From NCBI RefSeq assembly GCF_028368995.1, contig NZ_JAQNDL010000002.1, forward strand, positions 1,824,001 through 1,888,000: a DNA stretch of 64,000 nt, in the 5' to 3' direction. The notes beneath the pieces were generated by a model that saw only the letters and a list, made by a program, of their open reading frames with translations, was not told where the DNA came from and made no database searches. Made by a program: the position numbers and the translations under genes. Positions 38,411 through 51,247 of this stretch are shown here, one piece after another. Origin of the DNA: Nannocystis bainbridge. Lineage in GTDB: Bacteria; Myxococcota_A; Polyangia; Nannocystales; Nannocystaceae. Position 1 is the first letter of the stretch. Each line of letters starts with the position of its first letter.

Positions 38411-40747
38411 ATGACTTCGCTTTCTCGATGGTTCCGCGGCGCGCGCGCCCCAGGTTCGAACGGTATGACGGCACAGGCTCGACCGCTGCCGGTCAGCGAG
38501 TGGCTCCGCGGCTTCACCCTCGGCCTCCTGGTCGCCGTCGGCTGCGGCCGCAGCGACTACCTCGGCCCCTGTGCCAGCGACGCCGACTGCGGCACCGGCT
38601 ACATCTGCGCCGCCGACGGCGTGTGCATCGAGGTCGGCGGCGAGTGCATCGTCGACGCCGACTGTCCTGACGGCGAGAAGTGCCTCAACTACGAGTGCGT
38701 CGGCCCGCAGGTGTGCGACGACAACCTCGAGTGCCCCCCGGGCACGATCTGCGTGATCCCCGAGGGCGAGGACATGGGCGTGTGCCAGGGCCCGCCGCCG
38801 ACCTGCCCGCCCTGCCCGGTCGGCACCGAGTGCGACGACAACGGCCAGTGCGTCCCGGTCGACCCGCCCGTCTGCCAAAACGACTTCGAGTGCCCCCAGG
38901 GCCAGATCTGCGTCGACGGCACCTGCACCGACCCCGGCGAGTGCGAGTTCGACTTCGAGTGCCCGTTCGAGCAGCAGTGCGTCGAGGGCCAGTGCGTCCC
39001 GGTCGGCTGCGACTTCTGCCAGTGCGAGAACGACTTCGACTGCCCGTTCGGCCAGGTCTGCGTCGACAACTTCTGCCAGCCGGAGTGCTTCAGCGACGAC
39101 CAGTGCCCGTTCGGCGAGGTCTGCCTCGACGGCTCCTGCGTCACCGGCGAGTGCACCATCGACCAGGACTGCCCGCCCAACGAGGTGTGCGAGAACGGCT
39201 TCTGCCAGGGCCAGTTCTGCTTCGACAGCACCGACTGCGACCCCGGCGAGCAGTGCATCGATTTCCAGTGCGTGCCCGGCGGCATGTGCCAGACCGACGC
39301 CGACTGCCCGCAAGGCACCGAGTGTGAGAACGGCGCCTGCGTCCCGATCGCCGGCTGCAACACCGACCTCGACTGCCCGCAGGGCCAGCAGTGCCAGGGC
39401 GGCGTGTGCATCCCCGGCCAGCTGTGCATGAACGACGCCGACTGCCCGCCCGGCGAGCTGTGCGTCGGCGGCGTCTGCTTCTTCCCGCCCGAGTGCATCC
39501 AGGACGCCGACTGCCCGGCAGGCCAGCTGTGCGTCGACGGCGACTGCCAGGATCCGCCGCCGCCGATCTGCATGTCGGACCTCGACTGTCCTCCGGGACA
39601 GGTCTGCAACCTGCAGACCCTGATGTGCGAGCTGTCGCCGCCGCCGCAGTGCATCGACAACGACGACTGCCCCGCCGGCCAGATCTGCGACGCCAACCAG
39701 CAGTGCGTCGACGCTCCGCCCCCGCAGTGCATCGACAACGACGACTGCCCCGCCGGCCAGATCTGCGACGCCAACCAGCAGTGCGTCCCCATCGTCCCCC
39801 AGTGCATCGACAACGACGACTGCCCGGTCGGCCAGATCTGCGACGCCAACCAGCAGTGCGTCCCCATCGTCCCCCAGTGCATCGACAACGACGACTGCCC
39901 CGTCGGCCAGATCTGCGACGCCAACCAGCAGTGCGTCCCCATCGTCCCCCAGTGCATCGACAACGACGACTGCCCCGTCGGCCAGATCTGCGACGCCAAC
40001 CAGCAGTGCGTCCCCATCGTCCCTCAGTGCATCGACAACGACGACTGCCCCGTCGGCCAGATCTGCGACGTCAACCAGCAGTGCGTCCCCATCGTCCCCC
40101 AGTGCATCGACAACGACGACTGCCCGGTCGGCCAGATCTGCGACGCCAACCAGCAGTGCGTCCCCATCGTCCCTCAGTGCATCGACAACGATGACTGCCC
40201 GGTCGGCCAGATCTGCGACGCCAACCAGCAGTGCGTCCCCATCGTCCCTCAGTGCATCGACAACGATGACTGCCCGGTCGGCCAGATCTGCGACGCCAAC
40301 CAGCAGTGCGTCCCCATCGTCCCTCAGTGCATCGACAACGACGACTGCCCGGTCGGCCAGATCTGCGACGCCAACCAGCAGTGCGTCGTCGCCCCGCCCC
40401 CGGTGTGCGTCGGCAACGACGACTGCGTCATCGACGAGGTCTGCATCGCCGGCACCTGCACCTTCATCGGGGACTGCCAGACCGACGTCCACTGCGCGAC
40501 CGGCCAGACCTGCGAGGCGGGCGTGTGCACCGGCCAGCCGCAGTGCACGACCAACGCCGAGTGCGCCGCCAACGAGTTCTGCCTGTTCGGCGAGTGCTTC
40601 GCGCCGAAGATGTGCGTGAAGAACAAGGACTGCGACACTGGCCAGGTCTGCGTGTTCGGCCTGTGCTCCGCCGGGGTCGAGTGCGCCGAGCATGCCGACT
40701 GCCCGGTCGGCCAGGCCTGCTTCGAGGGTCACTGCAACACCCTTTGA
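38411..40747 (+). CDS. Cys-rich repeat lipoprotein (CxxDxDCxxGxxCxxGxC repeats)
   Basis: Lipobox VAVGC; roughly 30 four-Cys modules. Confidence 0.88.
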   Translation: MTSLSRWFRGARAPGSNGMTAQARPLPVSEWLRGFTLGLLVAVGCGRSDYLGPCASDADCGTGYICAADGVCIEVGGECIVDADCPDGEKCLNYECVGPQVCDDNLECPPGTICVIPEGEDMGVCQGPPPTCPPCPVGTECDDNGQCVPVDPPVCQNDFECPQGQICVDGTCTDPGECEFDFECPFEQQCVEGQCVPVGCDFCQCENDFDCPFGQVCVDNFCQPECFSDDQCPFGEVCLDGSCVTGECTIDQDCPPNEVCENGFCQGQFCFDSTDCDPGEQCIDFQCVPGGMCQTDADCPQGTECENGACVPIAGCNTDLDCPQGQQCQGGVCIPGQLCMNDADCPPGELCVGGVCFFPPECIQDADCPAGQLCVDGDCQDPPPPICMSDLDCPPGQVCNLQTLMCELSPPPQCIDNDDCPAGQICDANQQCVDAPPPQCIDNDDCPAGQICDANQQCVPIVPQCIDNDDCPVGQICDANQQCVPIVPQCIDNDDCPVGQICDANQQCVPIVPQCIDNDDCPVGQICDANQQCVPIVPQCIDNDDCPVGQICDVNQQCVPIVPQCIDNDDCPVGQICDANQQCVPIVPQCIDNDDCPVGQICDANQQCVPIVPQCIDNDDCPVGQICDANQQCVPIVPQCIDNDDCPVGQICDANQQCVVAPPPVCVGNDDCVIDEVCIAGTCTFIGDCQTDVHCATGQTCEAGVCTGQPQCTTNAECAANEFCLFGECFAPKMCVKNKDCDTGQVCVFGLCSAGVECAEHADCPVGQACFEGHCNTL
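39647..40388 (+). repeat. Intragenic 75-bp tandem repeat (about 10 copies)
   Basis: cagtgcatcgacaacgacgactgc... encoding QCIDNDDCPVGQICDANQQCVPIVP. Confidence 0.95.
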
Positions 40748-40866
40748 TGGGCCGCTCGCGCCGATGACGAGAGCCCGCAGCGCCGTCGCTGCGGGCTCGT
40801 GACGTCGGCGCCCCCTGGCGCCCCCTGGCGCTCACGCGCGCGGCCTGACGCGCGAGCCGCCCGATG

Positions 40867-40920
40867 CGCTTCGTTCCGCGCGCGCGCCCGTTCGTGCCGC
40901 CGACGCGGTCGTTCGTGCCG
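40867..40920 (+). promoter_or_regulatory. Putative LytTR-family operator: 3 direct repeats at 21-bp period
   Basis: cttcgttccg (40869), gttcgtgccg (40890), gttcgtgccg (40911). Resembles the AlgR box CCGTTCGTC; lies upstream of an operon encoding a LytTR regulator. Confidence 0.7.
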
Positions 40921-40965
40921 TGGCCCGCGTCGCGCGGCGCGGCGCGGGGTCTCATCGCCGTGCCC

Positions 40966-42288
<1,323 letters not shown>

Positions 42289-42289
42289 C

Positions 42290-43351
42290 ATGCTGGCGAT
42301 GCGCCCCGTGCTCCGCGCTCTCGGCCTGTGGCTCGCCGTCGTGACGATCTTCGTCGGCAAGACCTGGGCCTCGTCGCAGCTGATCGCCCGGCCCTTGCCG
42401 CTCGCCGACATCGTCGTCGCCGAGCTGCTGACCTTCGGCCCGTGGCTGGCCCTGGCGCCGCTCGCTCTGCTGGCCGCGCGGCGCTTCCCCCTGGTCGGGC
42501 CCGGCCGCGCCCGCCACCTCGCCGTCCTCCTCGTAATCGGCGTCGGCCTCGCGCTGCTCCACGTCGTGCTCGCGGTGCTGCTCGTCGCCTTGCTCGCCGG
42601 CGCGTGGCCCTCGCTCGGCGCGCTGCTCGAGCAAGTCCGCCACGCCTTCGCGCGCGCCGCTGGCCCTCACCTGGTCGTCTATGCCGCCCTGGTCGCCGTC
42701 GCCCACGCGCTCGCGTTCCGCCGCGACGCCGAGGTCCGGGCCCGCCGCGCCGCCGCGCTCGAGGCCGCCCTGGCCCGCGCCGAGCGCGATCGCCTGCGCA
42801 TGCAGCTACACCCGCATTTCCTGTTTAACACCCTGCACGCCGTCTCCGCGCTGATGAGCCGCGACGTCGCCGGCGCGCGGCGCATGATCGCCGGCCTCAG
42901 CGAGCTGCTGCGGGTCGCGCTCGACGACGACGACGACGACGTGCCGCTCGCGCGCGAGCTCGAGATCCTGGGCCTCTACCTCGAGATCCAGCAGACCCGC
43001 TTCGCCGAGAGGCTGACGATCACGCTCGACGTCGACCCGGAGGCCCGCGCGGCGCGGGTGCCCAAGCTGCTGCTGCAGCCGCTGGTCGAGAACGCGATCC
43101 GCCACGGCATCGAGCCGCGGGCGGGCGGCGGCGCGCTCGGCCTCGAGGCCCGCCGCCGCGGCGATCGCCTGCAGCTCACCCTGCACGACGACGGCGCCGG
43201 CCTGGCCCCCGTCGCGCGCGAGGGTGTCGGCCTCGGCAACACCCGCGCGCGGCTCGAGAAGTCGTACCCCGGCGATCACCGGTTCTCGCTCGCGCCCCGC
43301 CCCGGCGGCGGCGTGGTGGCCACCATCGACCTGCCGTTTCGCCGCGGCTAA
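42290..43351 (+). CDS. LytS/YehU-family sensor histidine kinase
   Basis: TM region, LRMQLHPHFLFNTLH, LLQPLVENAIRHG, DDGAG, GVGLGN. Confidence 0.93.
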   Translation: MLAMRPVLRALGLWLAVVTIFVGKTWASSQLIARPLPLADIVVAELLTFGPWLALAPLALLAARRFPLVGPGRARHLAVLLVIGVGLALLHVVLAVLLVALLAGAWPSLGALLEQVRHAFARAAGPHLVVYAALVAVAHALAFRRDAEVRARRAAALEAALARAERDRLRMQLHPHFLFNTLHAVSALMSRDVAGARRMIAGLSELLRVALDDDDDDVPLARELEILGLYLEIQQTRFAERLTITLDVDPEARAARVPKLLLQPLVENAIRHGIEPRAGGGALGLEARRRGDRLQLTLHDDGAGLAPVAREGVGLGNTRARLEKSYPGDHRFSLAPRPGGGVVATIDLPFRRG

Positions 43352-43367
43352 CCTCGACGCAGAGCCG

Positions 43368-44114
43368 ATGACCATCCGGGCGCTGATCGTCGATGACGAG
43401 CCGCTCGCGCGCGACCTCCTGCGCGAGATGCTGGCCGCGCACCCGCGCGTGGCCGTGGTCGGCGAGTGCCGCAGCGGCGCCGAGGCCGTGCGCGCGATCG
43501 ACCGGCTCGCCCCCGACGTCGTGTTCCTCGACGTGCAGATGCCGGAGATGAGCGGCTTCGAGGTCGTCGCGGCCGTCGGCGCCGCGCGCATGCCGAGGGT
43601 CGTGTTCGTCACCGCCCACGACCGCTACGCCGTGCAGGCCTTCGAGGTCCACGCGCTCGACTACCTGCTCAAGCCGTTCGACGACGCGCGCCTGGCCCGC
43701 GCGGTCGCCCGCCTCGACGCCGCCGGCGACGGCCTGGGCGCCCGCCTGGCCGCCCTGCTGGCCGAGCGCGCGCCGGCGCGGCCCGAGCGGCTGGTGATCC
43801 ACGACGGCGGCCGCGCGGTGTTCGTTCCGCTGGCCGAGGTCGACTGGATCGAGGCCGCGGGCAAGTACGTGGTCGTGCACGCCGGCGCCGCCAGCCACGT
43901 CCTGCGCGAGTCGATCTCGACCCTCGAGGCCGAGCTGGACCCGCGCCGGTTCGCCCGCATCCATCGCTCCACGATCGTGCGCGTCGAGCAGATCCACGCG
44001 GTCGAGACCCTGCTCGGCGGCGACTACGAGGTGGTCCTCCGCGACGGCACCCGCCTCACCACCAGCCGCGGCCACCGCCACCGCGTCCAGGCCCTGCTCG
44101 GCCGCCGCGGCTGA
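43368..44114 (+). CDS. LytTR-family response regulator
   Basis: IVDDEPLAR, FLDVQMP, DYLLKP, FARIHRSTIV. Confidence 0.94.
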   Translation: MTIRALIVDDEPLARDLLREMLAAHPRVAVVGECRSGAEAVRAIDRLAPDVVFLDVQMPEMSGFEVVAAVGAARMPRVVFVTAHDRYAVQAFEVHALDYLLKPFDDARLARAVARLDAAGDGLGARLAALLAERAPARPERLVIHDGGRAVFVPLAEVDWIEAAGKYVVVHAGAASHVLRESISTLEAELDPRRFARIHRSTIVRVEQIHAVETLLGGDYEVVLRDGTRLTTSRGHRHRVQALLGRRG

Positions 44115-44278
44115 ACCACGCCGCGAACTCCAGCCTCACGCGGCGCATCCAATCCCTGCGGCCGGCTCGCTGGCGTCACCGACGAACTCCTCGGGCTCGG
44201 CCGCCTGACCTTCGGCCGCTCGCGGCGCAGTGACACGAGTCCTGTCTGCTCCGCGTCGTGCGGCGCAGACGGTCGACA

Positions 44279-44362
44279 TGCCCGCGAAGACATGTCCATC
44301 GCGCAATGTCGCAACAGACATGTCCCCGATGACATGCCCCTCGAGACATGCCCCCGGGGACA
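44279..44362. repeat. 14-bp palindrome array (6 units)
   Basis: tgcccgcgaagaca|tgtccatcgcgcaa|tgtcgcaacagaca|tgtccccgatgaca|tgcccctcgagaca|tgcccccggggaca. Confidence 0.92.
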
Positions 44363-44377
44363 CCTCGCTCGCGCCGC

Positions 44378-47300
44378 TCAGCGCGCCGCCGCGACGCTCG
44401 GCTGCCCCTTGGGGAAGCTCCCGTACGAGAACAGCGACGCCGGGGCGACCTCGACCACGTCGGCGATCTTCTTCAGCCCCGCGAGGTCGACGCGCTCGCG
44501 GTTGCCGACCAGGCTGACGACCGGCGGCACCGCGGCGAAGCTCGACGCGAAGCCCTGCAGCTGCTCCTGCGTCATCGCCCCGATGGTCTGCCACACCCAC
44601 GGGCGCGGGTCGGTCTTCTCACCCAGCTCGTCCCACGCGTGGACCATCCACCCGCTCGCGCGCGGATCGACGCGGCTGCTGCGGTACTCCTGCTCGATGG
44701 CGGCGCGGGTCGAGCCCAGGCGCACGCTGTCGAGCGGGCGGCCGAGCAGCTCGAAGAACACCTTGAGCGCCTCCGAGGTCTTGTCCGACTGCGTGCCGAG
44801 CCCGCCGCGCAGCGCCCACGCGTCGGTCGGCCGCGAGCCGGCGAACAGCACGCCCCACGCGTAGTAGACCAGCCCTCGCGACTCGCGCATCTCCTGGAAC
44901 AGCAGCGTGTTCATGCCGCCGCCGAGGTACTCGCTGAGCATGCGCGCCGCCGGCCGCTGCTCGCGGGCCAGCGCGGCCGACGGCAGCGCCACCGCGATCG
45001 TCGACTTGGCGACGTCGCGGTGGGTGAAGTAGAGCGTCGGCTTCGGCACCTTGCGGTAGGCCACCGGCGGGCGCTGCGGCAGCTTGCGGTGCTGCTTGCC
45101 GAGCGCCACGACCTTGGCCGCCTCGGGCGCGGCGCGCGGGCCGAAGTAGAGGGTCTTGTGCTGGTAGTCGACGAACTCGCGCGCCAGGTTGGCCAGCGCC
45201 GCGGGCTTGGCCCCGACGATCTGCGCGTTGGTGGGGGCCTGCAGGTACTCGCTGTCCTTGCCGTGGATCGCGTAGTCGGCCAGCGCGCCGGCCAGCTCGT
45301 CGGGATCCTCGAGCGCGTCGCGACGGGTGCTGATCACGTTGTCGGCGATCCCGCGCAGCACCACCGGATCGATCTTCACCTCGCGCAGCCAGCGATCGAC
45401 CAGCGCCAGGCTCTGCTCCATGTTGGCGTCGACGCCCTCGACGGTGATGGCGCTCTCGTGAGCGCCGCACGCGAACTCGACGTGGGTGCCGAGCGCGAAC
45501 AGCTTCTTCTTCAGCGCCTCGGCCGACAGCTCGCCGGCGCCCGACTGCTCGACCACGTCGAGCGCGTGGCACAGCATGCGCTCGCGCTTGTGCCCGCGCT
45601 CGAACCGGTAGGTCAGCGAGAACAGGTCGTTGCGGCCGTTCTGGACCGCCACCAGCGGCCCGCCCGGCAGCTCGGCGCGCACGTAGTGGGTGCCCTCGAC
45701 CAACCACTCAGGCTCGATCGGCTTGGCCGGCCGCTTCAGCGCCGCCTCGGCGAACTGGCTGTGCCGCTCGGGGTGCAGCTCGACCGGCGTCAGCGCCGGC
45801 TTGTCGATCTTGGCCACCTCGGGCTTGCCGGCCTTCCGATGCACGGCGCTGAAGTTGGCGCCGAGGTACTTGTTGGCGACGCGCACGACGTCGTCGCGGG
45901 TGACCTCGCGGATCTTGCGATCGCGGGCGACCACGTCCTGCCACGCGCGGCCCTCGACGAACGCGTCGGCCATCTTGTGCGCGCGGAAGCTGTTGCTCTC
46001 GCGGGCGCGCTTGTCGGCGATGTCCTGGTTGAGCACGATCGCCGCCACGTCCTCGGCCGTGAACTCGCCGCGCTTGAGCTTGGCGACCACGCCCAGCAGC
46101 AGCGCCTCGACCTCGGCGTGGGTCTGGCCCTCGCGCAGCTGGGCGCGCGTCATGAACCACCCGGACTCGTGCAGGAACGTGCTGCTGGCCCCGGCCGACG
46201 GCACCTTCTGGCTCAGCTCGAGCTCGACGTTGAGCAGGCCGCTGGTGCTGTTGTCCATCAACCAGTCCATCACCGTCAGCGCCGGCTCGTCGGCGTGATC
46301 GGACGCGGTGGTCTGCCAGGCCAGCGCGACCTCCTGCTCACCCTCGGCGATCACGTCGGCCTGCACCCGCGCGGCGATCGGCTGCAGCGAGCCCGGATCG
46401 AGCTTGTCGAGCGCCCGCGGCTCGAGCTTGCCCAGCGCCTGCTCGAGCTTCGGCAGCGCGGTCGCGGCGTCGATGTCGCCGGCCAGCACGATCGCCATGT
46501 TGTTCGGCACGTACCAGCGGCCGAAGTAGTCGACCATGTCCTGATATGCCGGGACCTTGAGGTGCTCGATCTCGCCGATCGTCGTCTGCGTGCCGTAGGG
46601 GTGGCGCGGGAACAGATTGCGCGTGGTCGCGAAGTAGGTCCGCGCCCACGGGTTGTCGAGCGAGAGGTTCTTCTCCTCGTAGACCGCCTCCATCTCGGTG
46701 GTGAACAGGCGGAACACCGGATCGGAGAACCGCTCGCCCTCGACGTCGGCCCACACGTCGAAGCGGTTGCTCGGCACGTCGACGATGTAGACGGTCTGGT
46801 CGAACGAGGTGAAGGCGTTGACGCCGAAGATCCCGAGCTCGGCGTAGACGCGGTCGAACTCGTTGGGGATAGCGGTGGCCGCGACCTTCTGGTTGGCGGC
46901 GTCGAGCTCGGCGAAGATCCGCTGGCGCTCGGCCGGATCTTTGGTCGCCCGCAGATCGCGGTACAGCTGCTCGATGCGGGCCAGGTGCGGCGCCTCGGCG
47001 GCGTGGTCGAGGGTGCCGAGCTCGTCGGTGCCCTTGAAGAGCATGTGCTCGAGGTAGTGCGCGAGCCCGGTCGAGCTCGCCGGATCGGAGCGGCTGCCGG
47101 CGCGCACGGCGATCCAGGCGTCGAAGCGCGGCTTCTGCCGATCGGTGCTGATGTACACGGTCATGCCGTTGCTCAGCCGGTGCACCGAGACGGCCAGCGG
47201 ATCGCCCGCCAGCGCGGCGTGGGTCGGCGGCAGCGCGGAGGCGGCGAGGATGGCGTCGCGGGCCGCCGGAGCGCCGGCGGCCGCGGTCTCGCCGGGCGGC

Positions 47301-47383
47301 GTGGAGGTCGTGGAAGCGGCGGTCTTGCAGCCGACGGCGGCGAGGACAAAGGCGCCGAACAGGCGCGAGGCGAACGTGGACAT
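44378..47383 (-). CDS. M16 (insulinase/pitrilysin) family metallopeptidase, lipoprotein
   Basis: Lipobox AVGC, GLAHYLEHMLFKG, NAFTS, MRESRGLVY. Confidence 0.93.
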   Translation of the reverse strand: MSTFASRLFGAFVLAAVGCKTAASTTSTPPGETAAAGAPAARDAILAASALPPTHAALAGDPLAVSVHRLSNGMTVYISTDRQKPRFDAWIAVRAGSRSDPASSTGLAHYLEHMLFKGTDELGTLDHAAEAPHLARIEQLYRDLRATKDPAERQRIFAELDAANQKVAATAIPNEFDRVYAELGIFGVNAFTSFDQTVYIVDVPSNRFDVWADVEGERFSDPVFRLFTTEMEAVYEEKNLSLDNPWARTYFATTRNLFPRHPYGTQTTIGEIEHLKVPAYQDMVDYFGRWYVPNNMAIVLAGDIDAATALPKLEQALGKLEPRALDKLDPGSLQPIAARVQADVIAEGEQEVALAWQTTASDHADEPALTVMDWLMDNSTSGLLNVELELSQKVPSAGASSTFLHESGWFMTRAQLREGQTHAEVEALLLGVVAKLKRGEFTAEDVAAIVLNQDIADKRARESNSFRAHKMADAFVEGRAWQDVVARDRKIREVTRDDVVRVANKYLGANFSAVHRKAGKPEVAKIDKPALTPVELHPERHSQFAEAALKRPAKPIEPEWLVEGTHYVRAELPGGPLVAVQNGRNDLFSLTYRFERGHKRERMLCHALDVVEQSGAGELSAEALKKKLFALGTHVEFACGAHESAITVEGVDANMEQSLALVDRWLREVKIDPVVLRGIADNVISTRRDALEDPDELAGALADYAIHGKDSEYLQAPTNAQIVGAKPAALANLAREFVDYQHKTLYFGPRAAPEAAKVVALGKQHRKLPQRPPVAYRKVPKPTLYFTHRDVAKSTIAVALPSAALAREQRPAARMLSEYLGGGMNTLLFQEMRESRGLVYYAWGVLFAGSRPTDAWALRGGLGTQSDKTSEALKVFFELLGRPLDSVRLGSTRAAIEQEYRSSRVDPRASGWMVHAWDELGEKTDPRPWVWQTIGAMTQEQLQGFASSFAAVPPVVSLVGNRERVDLAGLKKIADVVEVAPASLFSYGSFPKGQPSVAAAR

Positions 47384-47536
47384 CGATGCGATCCGGTGCG
47401 GGAGCGCCCAATCTTACGCCGCCGCGATCGTGGTCACGCCCGGCTCGCGCCGCGCGAACATGGTTCGAGGCCGCGGCGCGGCGAGACGTCGATCACGCCC
47501 TGCGCGGCGATCCGCGGGCCGGCGCGGGCGCCGGCG

Positions 47537-47938
47537 TCAGTTGGGCATCGGCACCGGACCCGACGCCGGGCGGGTGCCGCGGCGGCGCACGACCGGACCG
47601 GCGTGGTGGTGCACCATCTTCCAGTCGCCGTCCTCGCGCACGAACACGTTGGTGGCCACCAGCTCGGTGTCGCCGATCGTCTGGGCGCAGATGACGTAGC
47701 CCATGTCCTCGCCCGGGTACGCCTCGGCGGCGCCGTACTCGATCTCCCGCGGCGCCGAGCCGGCCAGGATCGCCTGCCAGCTCTCCATGATCTCCTCGCG
47801 CTCGACCAGCGGGGTCCAGCCCGGATGCACGCACGTCACCGGCACCGCCCGCGCCCACACGTCGTCCATCGCGCCCAGGTCGGCGCTAGAGAAGGCCTCG
47901 TAGAACCTACGGTTGGCGGCCAGCAGCGCGTCGCTCAT
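47537..47938 (-). CDS. SnoaL-like/NTF2 family protein
   Basis: ANRRFYEAF, CVHPGW, ATNVF, WKMVHHHA. Confidence 0.85.
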   Translation of the reverse strand: MSDALLAANRRFYEAFSSADLGAMDDVWARAVPVTCVHPGWTPLVEREEIMESWQAILAGSAPREIEYGAAEAYPGEDMGYVICAQTIGDTELVATNVFVREDGDWKMVHHHAGPVVRRRGTRPASGPVPMPN

Positions 47939-48016
47939 CTGCGGCAGATATAGCAGCCGCCGTCGCCGACGGCTCGCGCCGAACATCGCTCGTCCCGGGA
48001 CGGATCGAGCGCGCCG

Positions 48017-49181
<1,165 letters not shown>

Positions 49182-49189
<8 letters not shown>

Positions 49190-49736
49190 CGGGCAGCACC
49201 TCGGCGCGCACGTCCGCGGCGCGCCTGCTCTGGAACTCGCGCAGCGCCTCGGCCAGCGCCGGGCGGGCCAGCGCCAGCACCCGGATCGCCTGCAGCGCGG
49301 CGTTGTAGGCCCCGGCGGGGCCGATCGCCAGGGTCCCGACCGGCACGCCGCGGGGCATCTGCACGATCGACAGCAGCGAGTCGAGGCCCTGCAGCGCCGA
49401 GGTCTGGATCGGCACCCCGAACACCGGCAGGCGCGTCTCCGCGGCCACCATGCCCGGAAGGTGGGCGGCCCCGCCCGCGCCGGCGACGATCACCGCCAGC
49501 CCGCGCGCCTCGGCCGTGCGCGCGTACTCGGCCAGCCACTCGGGCGTACGGTGGGCCGAGACCACGCGGCACTCGTGCGGCACGCCGAATTGCTTCAGCA
49601 CCCCCGCGGCCTCGCGCATCGTCTCCCAGTCGGAGCGGCTGCCCATGATCACGCCGACGAGCGGTGGCTCGTCGCCGCTCGATCGGCTCGGTTCGACAGG
49701 GCTCGCTCGCTCGCCAGCCGGGTCCCCTGCGCTCAT
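49182..49736 (-). CDS. purE: N5-CAIR mutase
   Basis: [37 protein letters not shown]. Confidence 0.97.
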
Positions 49737-49794
49737 GGGCGGATTATCCCGATCTGGTGGAACACGACAACAAAAACTCGTGTACCTGGCCCTG

Positions 49795-50442
49795 ATGGCG
49801 AGAATTTCCGCGTTCGTGGCCGCTTGCCTGGTGTTCTTGCTGGCCAGCGAGGCCGGCGCGGAGCTCGAACCGAAGCGCAAGGGGCTGCAGGTCGATGTCG
49901 CGGGCGGCCTGTCCTTTTGCATGCCGGGCGGCGCGGCGCGGTGTAAGCGCGTCGACGGCGTCGTCGCCCCGCACGCCGGCGGCGTCGTCACCGTCGGCTA
50001 TCGGTTCCGCCCGTGGCTGCTGGCCGGCCTTTCGTACGAATTCGGGCTGCTGCGGCCGTCGTACACCGACATCCTCGGCGGCCGCCAGCTCTACGGCCCC
50101 GCCCGCCACCAGGGCCTGTTCGGCGTCGTGCGCACGGGCGTCGACATCGGCCGCATCGATCTCGGGCTCGAAGTCGGCCTCGGCTACTCGCAGCAGGTCG
50201 CTACCTACGTCCTCGACGAATTCCGCGGTCAGCGCTACGGCACGCTCGGGTTCGCGGCCCGCGTCACGCCGCTGCTCGCCGTCTACCTCACCCGTCGCGT
50301 CTACATGGGCCTGCGCTGGGACGTGACCCTGAACTTCCACCGCAGCCCGGCGTGCAGCCCCGGGCGCTGTGACGGCCCCGTGCGCGCGCCCGCGTTCGGC
50401 CACCACTCCCTGCTCGGCCTGATGGTCGGCGTCACGATCTGA
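49795..50442 (+). CDS. Outer-membrane beta-barrel protein
   Basis: Signal peptide [22 protein letters not shown]; similar to the next gene. Confidence 0.7.
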   Translation: MARISAFVAACLVFLLASEAGAELEPKRKGLQVDVAGGLSFCMPGGAARCKRVDGVVAPHAGGVVTVGYRFRPWLLAGLSYEFGLLRPSYTDILGGRQLYGPARHQGLFGVVRTGVDIGRIDLGLEVGLGYSQQVATYVLDEFRGQRYGTLGFAARVTPLLAVYLTRRVYMGLRWDVTLNFHRSPACSPGRCDGPVRAPAFGHHSLLGLMVGVTI

Positions 50443-50528
50443 GCGGCTTCCGCGCGATTTCACCCGCGCGCGCATGCTCGATCGGCCGGCGCCTTGCGCC
50501 GTCGCCGACTGCCTCACAGAACACCCGC

Positions 50529-51194
50529 ATGACCCCTGCCCGGTTCGTCCTCTGCGCCCTTGCCGCGACCCTCACCCTCAGCGTGGCCACTGCCGTCCAG
50601 GCCGCGGACGTGAAGCGTCGCGGCGGGCAGGCCGAGATGATGATCGGCGGATCGCTGTGCATCCCGAGCCAGGCCGGCTGCAAGTCGACCGACGAGATCG
50701 CCGGCCGCACCATGCCTTCGTTCGGCATGGGCTTCACGCTCGGCTTCCGCCCGCTCCGCGCCCTCATGATCGGCGCCGCCTACAACGTCGGCTTCTTCAA
50801 CGCCGACTATCAGACCGCCAGCACCGACGCCTACCGGGCCTCGTACCAGAACAGCTTCTTCGCGGTGATCCGCGGCATCCTGCCGATCTGGCGCCTCGAC
50901 CTCGGGCTCGAGATCGGCCCCGGCTTCTCGCGCCAGGTGTTCAACGCCCGCGGCGGCGTGCTGCCGTACGATCGCCAGTATTCGCAGGGCTTCGCCCTCA
51001 AGACCGCGCCCTCGATCGACTTCTTCGTCACCCGCCAGTTCTTCATCGGCGGCAAGGTCGACTTCATCTGGAATTTCCACCGCGAGGTCTGCACCGCCGA
51101 CGGCGGCAACCGGGCCTGCTTCAAGCGCGACGACAACGATCAGGCCAGCGTCCACCAGATGATCGTCGGCTTCCACCTCGGCACCACCTTCTGA
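50529..51194 (+). CDS. Outer-membrane beta-barrel protein
   Basis: Signal peptide, beta strands, two Cys pairs, C-terminal HLGTTF. Confidence 0.78.
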   Translation: MTPARFVLCALAATLTLSVATAVQAADVKRRGGQAEMMIGGSLCIPSQAGCKSTDEIAGRTMPSFGMGFTLGFRPLRALMIGAAYNVGFFNADYQTASTDAYRASYQNSFFAVIRGILPIWRLDLGLEIGPGFSRQVFNARGGVLPYDRQYSQGFALKTAPSIDFFVTRQFFIGGKVDFIWNFHREVCTADGGNRACFKRDDNDQASVHQMIVGFHLGTTF

Positions 51195-51247
51195 AGTGAA
51201 GTGAAGCGACGCGCGGCGGGTCGGGCGCGCTGCTAAAGTCCGCCGGC

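Noticed and set aside
44279-44362. Motif as CRP/MrpC (TGT-N10-ACA) or parS sites
   Set aside because: Those palindromes are 16 bp; here the spacing is TGT-N8-ACA and sites lie mainly at gene 3' ends and inside CDS.
44348-47953. Long antisense or alternate-frame ORFs (e.g. 44348-47953 +, 13423-16581 -, 3618-6194 -, 53809-56748 +)
   Set aside because: Stop-poor shadow frames of real genes in high-GC DNA, with no motifs.
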